From NCBI GenBank assembly GCA_964016885.1, contig OZ024765.1:15376001-15440000 (forward strand): 64,000 nucleotides of DNA, given 5' to 3'. The position numbers and the translations under genes were made by a program. Shown one piece after another: positions 1 to 13,739 of the stretch. The notes beneath the pieces are model-generated. The model worked only from the letters and a program-made list of their open reading frames with translations, made no database searches and was not told the DNA's origin. Every line of letters begins with the position of its first letter. Position 1 is the first letter of the stretch. The DNA comes from Eledone cirrhosa. Lineage: Eukaryota.

Positions 1-555
1 GTGGGCTATTCCTAGCAATGGAGACTTCTGGTGTACTTGGCACTAGAGCTACCTCCCTACTCACCACCATAGGCGCTGAGTGGCCTATTCCTAGCAATGG
101 AGACTTTTGGTGTCCTTGGCACTAGGGCTAAATCCCTACTCACCACCATAGGCGCTGAGTGGCCTATTCCTAGCAATGGAGACTTCTGGTGTCCTTGGCC
201 CTAGGGCTACCTCCCTACTCACCACCATAGGCGCTGAGTGGCCTATTCCTAGCAATAGAGACTTCTGGTGTCCTTGGCTCTAGGTCTACCTCCCTACTCA
301 CCACCATAGGCGCTGAGTGGCCTATTCCTAGCAATGGAGACTTTTGGTGTCCTTGGCACTAGGGCTACCTCCCTACTCACCACCATAGGCGCTGAGTGGC
401 CTATTCCTAGCAATGGAGACTTTTGGTGTCCTTGGCACTAGGGCTACCTCCCTACTCACCACCATAGGCACTGAGTGGGCTATTCCTGGCAATGGAGACT
501 TTTGGTGTCCTTGGCACTAGGGCTAAATCCCTACTCACCACCATAGGCGCTGAGC
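1..555 (+). repeat. 79-bp tandem array (~7 units) derived from retrotransposon coding sequence
   Basis: Unit GTGGCCTATTCCTAGCAATGGAGACTT...CATAGGCGCTGA recurs at 1, 80, 159, 238, 317, 396 and 475; the last unit runs into a CRE-like reading frame. Confidence 0.95.
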
Positions 556-655
556 TGGCTAGCCGTAGGTGTGAGCCTCGCGAGATGGAATGGCTCTTCC
601 AGCGCATCTCCCTTACCACCCTCTGGGGAAACGCCTTCTCCACTCTGTCCGCCGG
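480..655 (+). mobile_element. 3' fragment of a CRE-clade non-LTR retrotransposon (C-terminal part of the RLE endonuclease region)
   Basis: METFGVLGTRAKSLLTTIGAELASRRCEPREMEWLFQRISLTTLWGNA matches the CRE-type C-terminal pattern ET.G..G...(L)..IG..L....E.RE..(F/W)L.QR(I/L)S.....GNA, recognised by eye. Confidence 0.75.
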
Positions 656-768
656 GATGAAAGGCAAAGTTGACCTCGGCAGGATTTGAACTCAGACAGC
701 AGAGAGCTGGAACAAATACCAAAAACCATTCTATCCGACATTCTAAAGACTCTGCCAATTCGCTGGCG
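654..768 (-). mobile_element. tRNA-derived SINE, 5' part
   Basis: Reverse complement contains the B-box GAGTTCAAATCC and the GGTCAACTTTGCCTTTCATCC core shared with the other SINE copies. Confidence 0.8.
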
Positions 769-1051
769 TAACCTAAAGAAACTGGCGTTTCTCCTTATTG
801 CTGAGGTCAGGGTTCATGTATTTTTGCTCAAATGTAAACCTAGCCAAGGTAGACTTAGACATTTCATTATACAGCCTTGCTTTAACATTTTAAAGCCTGA
901 CTGAGCCCATCCCTCTCCAGTGCTGAGTACAGCAGATTTCTTCCAGAGAAAGATAGAAAGTGAAAGAGAGGAAATGAGAAAAAGATATAGAGGAAGAATC
1001 AACCGCAGTACGTGACTGGTATTTTATATATATATATATAAATTATATAAA

Positions 1052-1440
1052 TTATATAAATTATAAGAATCAAAGAACTGTTCAAAATATTTTTATGCTT
1101 ACAACTGTTTCCTCCAAACCGAGGTTTGGATTCTTCGGAGCAATTTATTATTGAATAATAAATTCAATAATAAATTCAATTATAAATTGCTCCGAAGAAT
1201 CCAAACCTCGGTTTGGAGGAAACAGTTGTAAGCATAAACATGTTTTGAACAGTTCTTTGATTCTTATAATTTATATAACTGCTCTGTAAATCATCTGATG
1301 TTATTACATTGAGCTATTTAACTTACTGGTAATAAGGTAGTAACATAGTACTGCCTATCACTATTTAGGGTTTGTAAAAATATATATAACTACAAAAGGT
1401 TTTTGTATTTGAATAACCATAAATAGTATACTTAATACTA
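1052..1440 (+). mobile_element. Fold-back (palindromic) Penelope-like pLTR/hammerhead insert, family A
   Basis: Arms ~1052-1148 and ~1183-1278 are near-perfect inverted repeats, followed by a unique tail, with (TA)n on both sides. Confidence 0.8.
1187..1235 (+). ncRNA. Minimal type I hammerhead ribozyme motif (mirror copy on the minus strand at ~1095-1143)
   Basis: Stem I TGCT/AGCA; core CCGAAGA (U4C variant); stem II TCCAAACC-tc-GGTTTGGA; GAAA; stem III C-agtt-G; GUA cleavage triplet. Confidence 0.65.
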
Positions 1441-1463
1441 TATATATATATATATATATATAT

Positions 1464-1660
1464 AATTCAAATATTAATAAAATAGATGTTCTTGTGATCA
1501 ATTAAAATGTATTATATATATTTCAGAGGTACTTGAATCAAATTCAATAGTACGTCCTCATCAGATAAAATAAAATGATATGTGACATAGAGTGCTTTTA
1601 ATCTATGGTAAAACTGATTCTTTGGTGTACTCATTGAATCTATATAAACTCTTTAAATAT
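1464..1660. mobile_element. Collapsed copy of hammerhead insert family B (left arm and tail only); hammerhead motif on the minus strand at 1507-1570
   Basis: Homologous to 23161-23280 and 23484-23550. The minus strand reads TTTTAT-CTGATGA-GGACGTAC...GTACCTCT-GAAA-TATATATA. Confidence 0.8.
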
Positions 1661-1680
1661 CTCTCTCTATATATATATAT

Positions 1681-2063
<383 letters not shown>

Positions 2064-2739
2064 AGAGATAGAGTGAGAGAGAGGAAAGGAGAAATAGATA
2101 TAGAGGAAGAGTCATCGCCAGTACATGACTGGTACTTTTTTTTTAATCAAACGTCTAAATGAGAAATAGATTAAGTTTCAGTATTTTTTTTTTTTTGTTG
2201 CCATATATGTATTAAACTCGGATCAATTGTAAATCTGACACAACGTAGACATCGACATTCTATAATACAGTCATCTAAACAGAATAGAAACACCAATATT
2301 TCTGAACTCTATAAACACCCATCCCCCACATACACCCTGCCATTTCCCCACCACCACCACCGCCACCACCACCGCCATCACACACACATAAACAATAAAA
2401 ACAAATAACAAAAACAAGACAAAACAAAACACAGTGACGTTGTTCTTATTGCGGAAATCATTATTCCTGTTGTTGTTGTTGTTGTCGTTGTTGTTGTTGT
2501 TGATTTAATAATGTTCATAATTTTAAATAATATTTTATCGTTTTCTCATTAGTTTGTGGTGTGGTAACCCCTCCACCACCACCACCACCACCACCAACCG
2601 CCCCTCCACCACCACCACCGACACCCCCTCCTACTACACCCCCCTCACCCCACCCCCCATCCACAGTCTTTCTAGTTCATTCTCTGCTGCTTCTCAATCA
2701 ATTTGTATATTCCCTTCACTGTGTCACTCACTCACTCTG

Positions 2740-3840
<1,101 letters not shown>

Positions 3841-4429
3841 GATTTTTGTATTTGTTGCCGAATTAATATTTTGGACATATGCGGCAGCAAAAATTGTTGG
3901 TGAGATTGTGAGGAACGGTTATTGTTCTTAAATAACTCTGCCAAAATAAAGATACATACAAACAACACAAACAAAAGATAAAAAACAAAAAAAAACATGA
4001 AAATAAATATAAATATATACACAAGCAAGATGGCGGCCAAGCTGTCATTTTGATATCAATGGCGTGTTATGATGCTATTGATATCAACAGGAGAGGAGAC
4101 GGTGAGCTGAGGTGCGAGTGGAGTAGTGAAGAGTGGAGCAAGGAGGAGAAGAAGAAGAAGAAGAAGAAGAAGAAGAAGAAGAAGAGTGGGGTGGACATAT
4201 ATATGAGGAGGGAGGGGTGAGGGAAATGAAAGGAAGGTGACGGGAGAAAGACCTAGGGGGAAGGTTGAAGGAGTAATAATGTAAGAAAGCAGATGGAGAG
4301 AAGCTCAAGAAATGAAGGAAGATTGAATGAAAACAAGGCAAAGCAAGGAATAAAGAGAGATATTGAAAGATGAAAATAAATTAAAATAATAATAATAACA
4401 AAAATAATAACATTAATAATAATAATAAT

Positions 4430-4680
4430 GATTTCTTTATTAACCACAAGGGTTTACATAAAGTAGACATTAAGGACAGTACAGGATAATACAGGACGGT
4501 ACAAATGGGAATTTCTGCGTGTAAAAAAAAACAAAAACAGGATGTAACAAAAAATAACAATGAAAAATTCCCCAATAGGAGGGAGACTTCCGAGGGACAT
4601 TCGTGGAGAATGCCCATTAAAAAAGCCACGGTGACCCTGACCACCAGGGCAAGTGCCCTCTCCCAGTTTTCCACCTTCAA
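4430..4680 (-). mobile_element. Probable 3' end of a Tx1-type LINE
   Basis: The minus strand ends CCCTTGTGGTTAATAAAGAAATC followed by (ATT)n; the same terminus occurs at ~24115-24185 and 46012-46250. Assignment to Tx1 is inference. Confidence 0.5.
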
Positions 4681-4759
4681 TTTACAGGCACATACTCAGA
4701 GTAGGCCCATTCACACGAGCCATTCTTGCCTCTCTCACCCATCTTTCAACAAAATGAAA

Positions 4760-5445
4760 GAAAGACAGAAAATGAAGAACGCGTGTATTGTGGTTGAAGG
4801 AGGTTTGATGTGAAAGTGAAGGATTGAATTAAATGGTGAATGAATTGGAGAAATGGAAGAAGGGAGGCAGGAAAGAGAGGTTGGAAGGAGCAGAGGTGAA
4901 AGTAAGAAAGAAAATGAAGAACGAGTGTATTGTGGTTGAAGGAGGTTTGATGTGAAGGATGGAATGAAACGGTGAGTCTATTGGAAGGAGGTGTTATTGA
5001 AGGAGCAGGGGTGAAAGAAAGAAAAGAAAAGAAATGAAAGATAGTGAAAAACGAGTGTATTGTTGTTGAAGGAGGTGTGAAGAGAAGGTGAAGGATTGAA
5101 GATTTGAATGAAATAGTGAGTCTATTGGAAGGATGTGTTATTGAAGGAGCAGAGGTGAAAGAAAGAGCACAAAGGAAAGAGATGAATGATAATGAAGGTG
5201 TGAGAGTTTAGATGCAGGTTGGAAGGAAAACTCGAAAAATTGAATGAAAGTTTCAGTGAATGACAAAGATAAATGTGAGGAATATAGGTAAGAAGGAGTG
5301 ACGAATGAAAAATAAAACGAAAGAGGAGGAAAGGAAATGAAGGTGTAAAGTGTTTTGAAGGAGCTTTCATGAATTAAATAATTGAATGAAAATGTGAGTG
5401 AATGAGTACAATGGAGAGATGAATGGAGGATAGAAGGAGCAAAAG

Positions 5446-5496
<51 letters not shown>

Positions 5497-6060
5497 AGAT
5501 GAAAAAGAATGAATCAGATGAAAGAGTTTAGATGATGGCTGGAAGGAAAACCCGAAAAATAGAATGAAAGTTTCAGTGAATGATTGAAATAATATGTGAA
5601 AGAAAAGAATGAAGGAGTGAAAAAGAAAGAAGCAAAGAAGAGAGGTGGAAGAGAATGAGATAAAAGAGTTTAGATGGAAACTGGAAGGAAGAAAAGCAAA
5701 AAAAAATTGAATGAAAGTTTCAAGTGAATGCCAGAAAAATATGAAGCAAGGAACGAAAAAAATGAGTGAAAGAAAGAAAAGGAGAGAGGTGGTAGAAAAT
5801 GAAAGAAAGGGAGTTTAGATGGAGACTGGAAGGAAAAACAGACAAAATTGAATGAAAGTATCCCTGAATGACCCGAGATGAATGAATGAAGGAAGGAGAG
5901 AAAGATGGACGAATGAGGAGAAGGAACGAAAATAAAAAATAGAGAGATGAAAAGAAATGAAGGAGGTTGTGTTAGGGTGGGGGCAGGAGAGATGCTGTAG
6001 AATTGAATGAGAGAATGAAGGAAAGTGAGATTGATTGAATGAAGGAAAGAGAGATTGAAT
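4760..6060. repeat. Purine-rich degenerate tandem repeats
   Basis: Recurring GAGTGTATTGTGGTTGAAGGAGG and GAGTTTAGATG...GGAAGGAAAA...AATGAAAGTTTCAGTGAATG blocks; (GAAA)n at ~5450-5495. Confidence 0.8.
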
Positions 6061-7084
6061 GAGTGGAGAGAACGAACGACGGAAAGAGGCGAGGAAAATA
6101 TATTCACATCACAAATCATTTTGTGAGAAGTGTGTGTGTGTGGGGGGGGGATATGTGTGTCGGAGGTGGGTGTATGTGTGTTTGTGTGTGCGTCTATGTA
6201 TGTGTATGTGTGTGTCTATGTATGTGTATGTATGTGTATGTGTGTGTCTATATGCTGTCTTGTAATATCAGTCTATGTTGCTATGTGTGCGTGTGTGTGT
6301 ATGTGTCTGTCTCTATGTGTGCGTGTATGGGTTTGTGTCTGTGTGTGTCTGTATGTGTGTGAGTGTCTGTATATGTGTGTGTGTGTGCGTGTGTCCATGT
6401 GTGCCTGTATGTATGCATCTGTATGTATGTGTGTGTGTGCCTGTATGTGCGTGTCTGTTTGTATGTGTGTGTGTCATTGTGTATATGTGTGTGGTTATAT
6501 ATCTTTGTACGTATGTATGTATATTTGTGTGATCATGTGTCTATGCATATATGTGATTATATGTTTTATGTATATGTTTTGTGTGGGCTCCTGTGTGGTT
6601 ATGTCGTTATATGTATGTATGTATGTATGTATGTATATATATATATATAAATATATATATATATGTGTGTGTGTGTGTGTTCATGTCTGTATGGTTGTAT
6701 ATTTGTGTATGCTCATGTATGTCGTTATACACATATATGTATGTGTATATATATATTCACTATATATGTATGTTTATGTGTATGTATTAGTAGGTGTGTA
6801 TGTTGGAGTCGCTAAAGCGTGTGTCATTATATGCAAGTTTATGATTGTTTGTTGTTATTTACACAGCGTATATGGTTCTATGGTTGTTATCTTTCTGTGG
6901 CTGTATTGGTGTGGCTGTGTGTGAAAGAGCTTATTTGTGTATATGGCTGTGTGCGTCTATATATGTATTTATACGGTTGTATATATAATATATATATGTT
7001 TCGGCGTTTGTGTAGCATGTATTAGTGTGAATGAGAAACTAGTGTCTGTGAGTGTTTATATATGTAGCCAAATGCATGTATGAT

Positions 7085-8500
7085 TATATGTGTATGTGTA
7101 TGTATGTATGGCAGTGTGTTTGTATGTATGTATGTATGGCAGCGTGTGTATATATGTGTGTATGTATATGTATGTATAGTAGTGTGTTTGTATGTATGTA
7201 TGTATGTATGGCAGTGTGTGTATATATGTGTGTATGTATATGTATGTATGGCAGTGTGTTTGTATGTATGTATGTATGGCAGTGTGTGTATATATGTGTG
7301 TATGTATATGTATGTATAGTAGTGTGTTTGAATGTATGTATGTATGTATGGCAGTGTGTGTATATATGTGTGTATGTATATGTATGTATAGTAGGGTGTT
7401 TGTATGTATGTATGTATGTATGGTAGTGTGTGTATATATGTGTGTATGTATATGTATGTATAGTAGTGTGTTTGTATGTATGTATGTATGTATGTATGTA
7501 TGTATGTATGTATGGTAGTGTGTGTATATATGTGTGTATGTATATGTATGTATAATATTGTGTGTGTATGTATGTCTGTATGTATGGCAGTGTGTGTATA
7601 TATGTGTGTATGTATATGTATGTATGGCAGTGTGTTTGTATGTATGTATGTATGTATGGTAGTGTGTGTATATATGTGTGTATGTATATGTATGTACGGC
7701 AGTGTGTTTGTATGTATGTATGTATGGTAGTGTGTGTATATATGTGTGTATGTATATGTATGTATAGTAGTATGTTTGTATGTATGTATGTATGTATGGT
7801 AGTGTGTGTATATATGTGTGTATGTATATGTATGTATAGTAGTGTGTTTGTATGTATCTATGTATGTATGTATGTATGGTAGTGTGTGTATATGTGTGTA
7901 TGTATATGTATGTATGGCAGTGTGTTTGTATGTATGTATGGTAGTGTGTGTATATATGTGTGTATGTATATGTATGTATGGCAGTGTGTTTGTATGTATG
8001 TATGTATGTATGGCAGTGTGTGTATATATGTGTGTATGTATATGTATGTATAGTAGTGTGTCTGTATGTATGTATGTATGTATGGTAGTGTGTGTATATA
8101 TGTGTGTATGTATATGTATGTATAGTAGTGTGTTTGTATGTATGTATGTATGGTAGTGTGTGTATATATGTGTGTATGTATATGTATGTATAGTAGTGTG
8201 TGTGTATGTATGTATGTATGTATGTATGGCAGTGTGTGTATATATGTGTGTATGTATATGTATGTATGGCAGTGTGTTTGTATGTATGTATGTATGGCAG
8301 TGTGTGTATATATGTGTGTATGTATATGTATGTATAGTAGTGTGTTTGTATGTATGTATGTATGTATGGCAGTGTGTGTATATATGTGTGTATGTATATG
8401 TATGTATGGCAGTGTGTTTGTATGTATGTATGTATGGCAGTGTGTGTATATATTTGTGTATGTATATGTATGTATAGTAGTTTGAATGTGTATGTATGTA
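7085..8500. repeat. Higher-order (TATG)n-based minisatellite
   Basis: Alternating units GGCAGTGTGTGTATATATGTGTGTATGTATATGTATGTAT and (GGC/AGT)AGTGTGTTTG(TATG)n. Confidence 0.95.
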
Positions 8501-8704
8501 TGCGAATGTGTGTATATATATGTGTGATATGTTTTCAAGTTGTATTCTATACATGAAGCTCGTCAATAAATTTTCATTAACAAGACATTGGTCAATGAGA
8601 GGCTATAGGAAAAGATACTTGTAAATGATTTCAGTCAATTTAAGTATTAAAGCTGCAACACTAACCCTTTAACTACACGGTTTAAAGCCTGTCTTAAGCC
8701 TTTT

Positions 8705-9197
8705 AAGGCTTGATAGGCCGGTGTTTATCCAGGTTTCATAGCGTGGAGCGACTGAGAGGATAAGACTTCCCCCTGGATAGAACACCAGTCCATCGCAGGG
8801 TTAAAGTCTTTCCCGAGCCTGGAGGTTCCTCAGGCGATTGCATATCCCAGTTTCGTGGCGTGAAGTGACCAAGATTACAAGACTCTCCCTAGACAGGACG
8901 CCAGTCCATTGTAAGGTTAAATTCCTTCTTAAGGCAGACAGCTCATTTGGCCGGTGCTTATCCCGGTTTTTTGGCGTGAAGCGACTGAGAGTACAATAAT
9001 TCCCCTGGACAGGACGCCAGTCCATCGCAGGGTTAAATACCCAGCTATTACTGGTATTCATTTAGAGCTGAGTATACTGGATCAACGTCAAATGAAGTGT
9101 TTGGCTCAAGAACACAACACACAACCCATTGCAGGAATCAAACCCACGACATTATGATCCTATGTCCAACACATTTACCACTAGGCCACACAGCCAT
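8705..9197 (-). mobile_element. tRNA-derived SINE with a V-SINE-like domain; 3' part triplicated
   Basis: Minus strand: A-box TGGCCTAGTGG and B-box-like GGTTTGATTCC, then AACCCTGCGATGGACTGGCGTCCTGTCCAGGGG repeated three times (~9035, ~8920, ~8803). Confidence 0.75.
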
Positions 9198-10460
9198 ACA
9201 CGAAATATTCTTTTGTGGCTTTGAAAACGGAAAATTGAGGGAATTGCGAGGGCTCTAGGTTCACGGAAAAATGGGAAGGAGGATGATGGGGCCCCGCGGA
9301 CAAGACCGCAAAAGCATTCGCACGGACCATGGTCAGCTACACTCATGGCAACATCCCCTCCACTAGGTGGGGCACCTTCCCAAGACAGGCTGCTGATATA
9401 CCGATCTTGCGGAGGACCTCGGCAGTACGGGGTCTTTAGATTCTCGGTTTACATCATGTCGTGGTCAACGATGCCTTTCATCCCTCTGTGGTTGACAAAA
9501 CAAATTACCAGTGGACTACTTAGGGTCGATTGTATCATTTCAACATATGCTAACCCGATAACAATGTATTCAAAGGGGGTATACAAGAGCTGGTGTGTGC
9601 AAAGAATAAAACAACCTGAGGGAAATACGAATAACGAACTAGTAACAAATTTTACCAACTATTTTTGGTATGCTTTTGAAAATGTCCTACACATGTGGGC
9701 AGTGGAAACATTTTCCGTGTGACAGGGGCGATGACGCCAAAAAAATAGGTTGGGAAATGCTGCTCTATATAATTGTCTCCCATCCTCTCTCACTCTCCAA
9801 GTCTATTTTTTCTATCATTCTCTGGAAGAAATCGGCTCTGCTCAGAGCTGGAGTGGTGATATGCTCTGCCAGGTTTAAAATGGGCCATGACAGGCCCTAT
9901 GTTGAGGCGCTTTCGCATAAGTTACATGTCCGTATATACAACATAGAAATGTTGTTTTTAGAGCTATACCTCCATCGATGAAACTGCGGTTCTCTCAACA
10001 AAATTAGTGAAAATTTGCCCTTGGAATTTGTGCTAAAGTTGGTGGCCTTGTTTCTGAATAATTAATCACTGATTGCTTATTCGCCGCTCTAGAGCAATTG
10101 CAAATATATATTAGCCAGAAAATCTTGCTGTATATTTAAATATCCTTTCAACACAGTTTGCCTACACAATCTAGAAGACTACCAGATATTCAATATCTCC
10201 CTAGAAGTGGCTGATGGAAGAGATTACAAATTCCATTATATACATATACAGCATTCTGATTCCAATACCGAGGGAGTTGCTGTATAATCACTGCTTAAAT
10301 AATATTTACAGCCGAGCTCTGTTACATATAATCTTATTCTATATGAATTCTATATGAATCACCTTTGTATGTATGTCTGGAATCTCTGTTACACACATAC
10401 ACACACCCAAACACACACACACACATACACCCCCCCCCCCCCCATATATATGTATGTATA

Positions 10461-10655
10461 TAATATAGAAATGGCTTCTACAGGAATAGAATGGTTTAAA
10501 TCGGAGGAAATCATCAGGGTTTTCTGATGATTTCCTCCGAATGAAACAGTTCTAGTCCTGTAGAAGCCTTTCCTATATTAAATAATTATACTCTGTTATG
10601 TATTGAGTACCTTACTTACTGTGGTTACCCCCTATTGAACCCGGGATACATAAAT
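10461..10655 (+). mobile_element. Fold-back insert, family D, with a degenerate hammerhead
   Basis: Arms 10461-10517 and 10524-10580; the right arm starts with CTGATGA-TTTCCTCCGAAT-GAAACAGTTCTA; the tail contains TATTGAGTAC; ends in (TA)n. Confidence 0.7.
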
Positions 10656-10732
10656 ATATATATATATATTTCGTTTCTAAATTTGACCCTCCCAAAGCAT
10701 AACAATATATATATTTGACGCTCTCAAAGCAT

Positions 10733-10805
<73 letters not shown>

Positions 10806-11034
10806 GAAAAACCACAGACCCTCCATCTCAAGTCTACTTTTGAAAAACAGAAGAACTGCGAAACCGATACAGGAACCAAATAAATATATATATATATATA
10901 TATATTTAAATAAGACTCCAGTTGCATTTTCGATTTCATCTTATTTTCTTTATACTTTCACTCGTGTAGGACACCTCGGTTATATTTCATTTTGTAAAAA
11001 AACCTCACTTTCTAATATATATATAATTATATAT

Positions 11035-11320
11035 AAATGAAATGAAATAACAGGAGGCTGGACTGGTGTAAATCCTTGAAAGGTTTATTATACTATGATC
11101 ATTTCAATGACCGGGTTCCATATGAATCCGGTGATATCATTTACACCAGTCCGCCCTCCTGTTATTTTATTTCATTTCTAATTAACTCCGTATTCGCACC
11201 ACCAACTACACAAACGAAGATGGGTGAACTGCACTGCGTTGAGTACACTTCACAATATTACAACAGGATTGACCTTACGGAATGACCAGTTCTATCCAAT
11301 GGTGAACCAACAAACCTAAA
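11035..11320 (+). mobile_element. Fold-back insert, family E, with a decayed hammerhead-like motif
   Basis: Arms 11035-11073 and 11139-11177; the spacer has TCAATGA, hairpin CCGGGTTC/GAATCCGG and GATA; the tail contains TTGAGTAC; (TA)n flanks. Confidence 0.6.
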
Positions 11321-11338
11321 GATATGTATATATATATA

Positions 11339-11502
<164 letters not shown>

Positions 11503-11549
11503 ATGCATACACAGAAACTTATGTATATGTATATATATACATACCCACG

Positions 11550-11595
<46 letters not shown>

Positions 11596-11755
11596 TGTGT
11601 GTGTGTGTGTATGTGTGTGTGTTAGTGTTGCGTGTCTATATATTATGTATACCTTTTTCCACAGCACGCATTTAGTCTTTTATGAATTTGTCAGCCATTG
11701 CCTATTGAATGTAATATACATTTGACCATGCCTTATAACACACACCGTAGCTCTT

Positions 11756-11805
<50 letters not shown>

Positions 11806-11954
11806 TCTCCCTATCTGTCGGTTTCTCTCTTTCTCTATCTCTAACTCTCTCTCTCTAGTCTATCCGCTGGTTATCTGTCTATCTCTGTCTGTGAATCTCT
11901 TATCCATTCTATGGCTATCTCTCTCTCAATCTATTTCTCTATCCCTCTCTCTCA

Positions 11955-12490
11955 CTCTACAACACATCTCCCTCCCTCACACTATGTGGTCTACCCTCTC
12001 TCTCTCACACACTACACCACATCTCTCTCCCTCACACTATGTGGTCTACCACATCTCTCTCACACACTACACCACATCTCTCTCCCTCACACTATGTGGT
12101 CTACCACATCTCTCTCACACACTACACCACATCTCTCTCCCTCACACTATGTGGTCTACCCTCTCTCTCTCACACACTACACCACATCTCTCTCCCTCAC
12201 ATTATGTAGTATACCCTCTCTCTCTCACACACTACACCACATCTCTCTCACACACTACACCACATCTCTCTCCCTCACACTATGTGGTATACCCTCTCTC
12301 TCTCACACATTACACCACATCTCTCTCCCTCACACTACACCACATCTCTCTCCCTCACACTATCTGGTCTACCCTCTCTCTCTCACACATTACACCACAT
12401 CTCCCTCCCTCACACTATGTGGTCTACCCTCTCTCTCTCTCACAATATACCCCCCCCCCCCCCCATCACACTATCTGGTCTCCCTCTCTC
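11955..12490. repeat. ~53-56-bp minisatellite
   Basis: Unit CACACTACACCACATCTCTCTCCCTCACACTATGTGGTCTACCCTCTCTCTCTCA. Confidence 0.9.
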
Positions 12491-12782
12491 TCAAGTATTT
12501 GCCATTATTCTCTACATAAAACAACTTCAGAATGGCGAGTTCAAGCCGCTTTACTGTATAATCGATACGATTGCGTTACCTGATGCTTTACTCATTAATT
12601 AGAAGCAAAAATCTATCGATTACGTTGGGTTTTTCTATATATTCCCACCACACCTTCCCACACTGGTAACCCCGCCACCTGGCGGCCATATCTATTTCAT
12701 TGCTAAGATCTCGCTGATCCGTGGCTATAAAGAGATCTGTAATGTTTGATTCAGTGATTTAAATAGATGGTAAGCGATACTG

Positions 12783-12840
<58 letters not shown>

Positions 12841-12855
12841 ATATATATGTGTGTG

Positions 12856-12901
<46 letters not shown>

Positions 12902-13209
12902 TGTATATATATATATATATATATGTGTGTGAATATATATATGTGTGTGTGTATATATATATATATATGTATGTGTGTATATATATATGTATATATACAT
13001 ATATGTATGTATATCTCCCTCTCTCTCTCTCTATATATATATATATATGTATATATATGTATGTATATATATATATGTATGTATATGTATATATATATAT
13101 ATATATATCTATGTATATGTAAATATATATATATATATCTATATATGTATGTATATGTATATATATATATGTATGTATGTATATGTATATATATATATAT
13201 GTATGTATG

Positions 13210-13261
<52 letters not shown>

Positions 13262-13488
13262 TATATATATACATATTTGTATGTATATGTAAATATATAT
13301 ATATATATGTATATGTATATATATATGTGTATATATACATATGCATATATATACATATACTTATATATATACACATATATATATATATATATATACATAT
13401 ACATACATGCTAATTCATATAGACATGTATAGAAACTTAAATACTGATATATTCATACAGTCAAGTGTCTACCTATGTGGTGTGTGGG

Positions 13489-13544
<56 letters not shown>

Positions 13545-13739
13545 TACACACACTGACATATACGCACACACACATATACGCGCACACAGACACACACACA
13601 GCCACTTCGAATCATAAATCCCTTTTATATATCTATTATATAATTATGCAGGTTTCTGTTGCTAGTAGTACTATTACTACCAAGACTATCAATACGTTAT
13701 TGCTGTCTAAATCAGAAAACATTATTGCTTTTATTATGA

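Noticed and set aside
9700-9770. hAT transposon end (AAAATAGGTTGGGAAATGCTG); also CAGGGGTTTC at ~37477
   Set aside because: Single short motifs with no matching partner TIR or 8-bp TSD identified.
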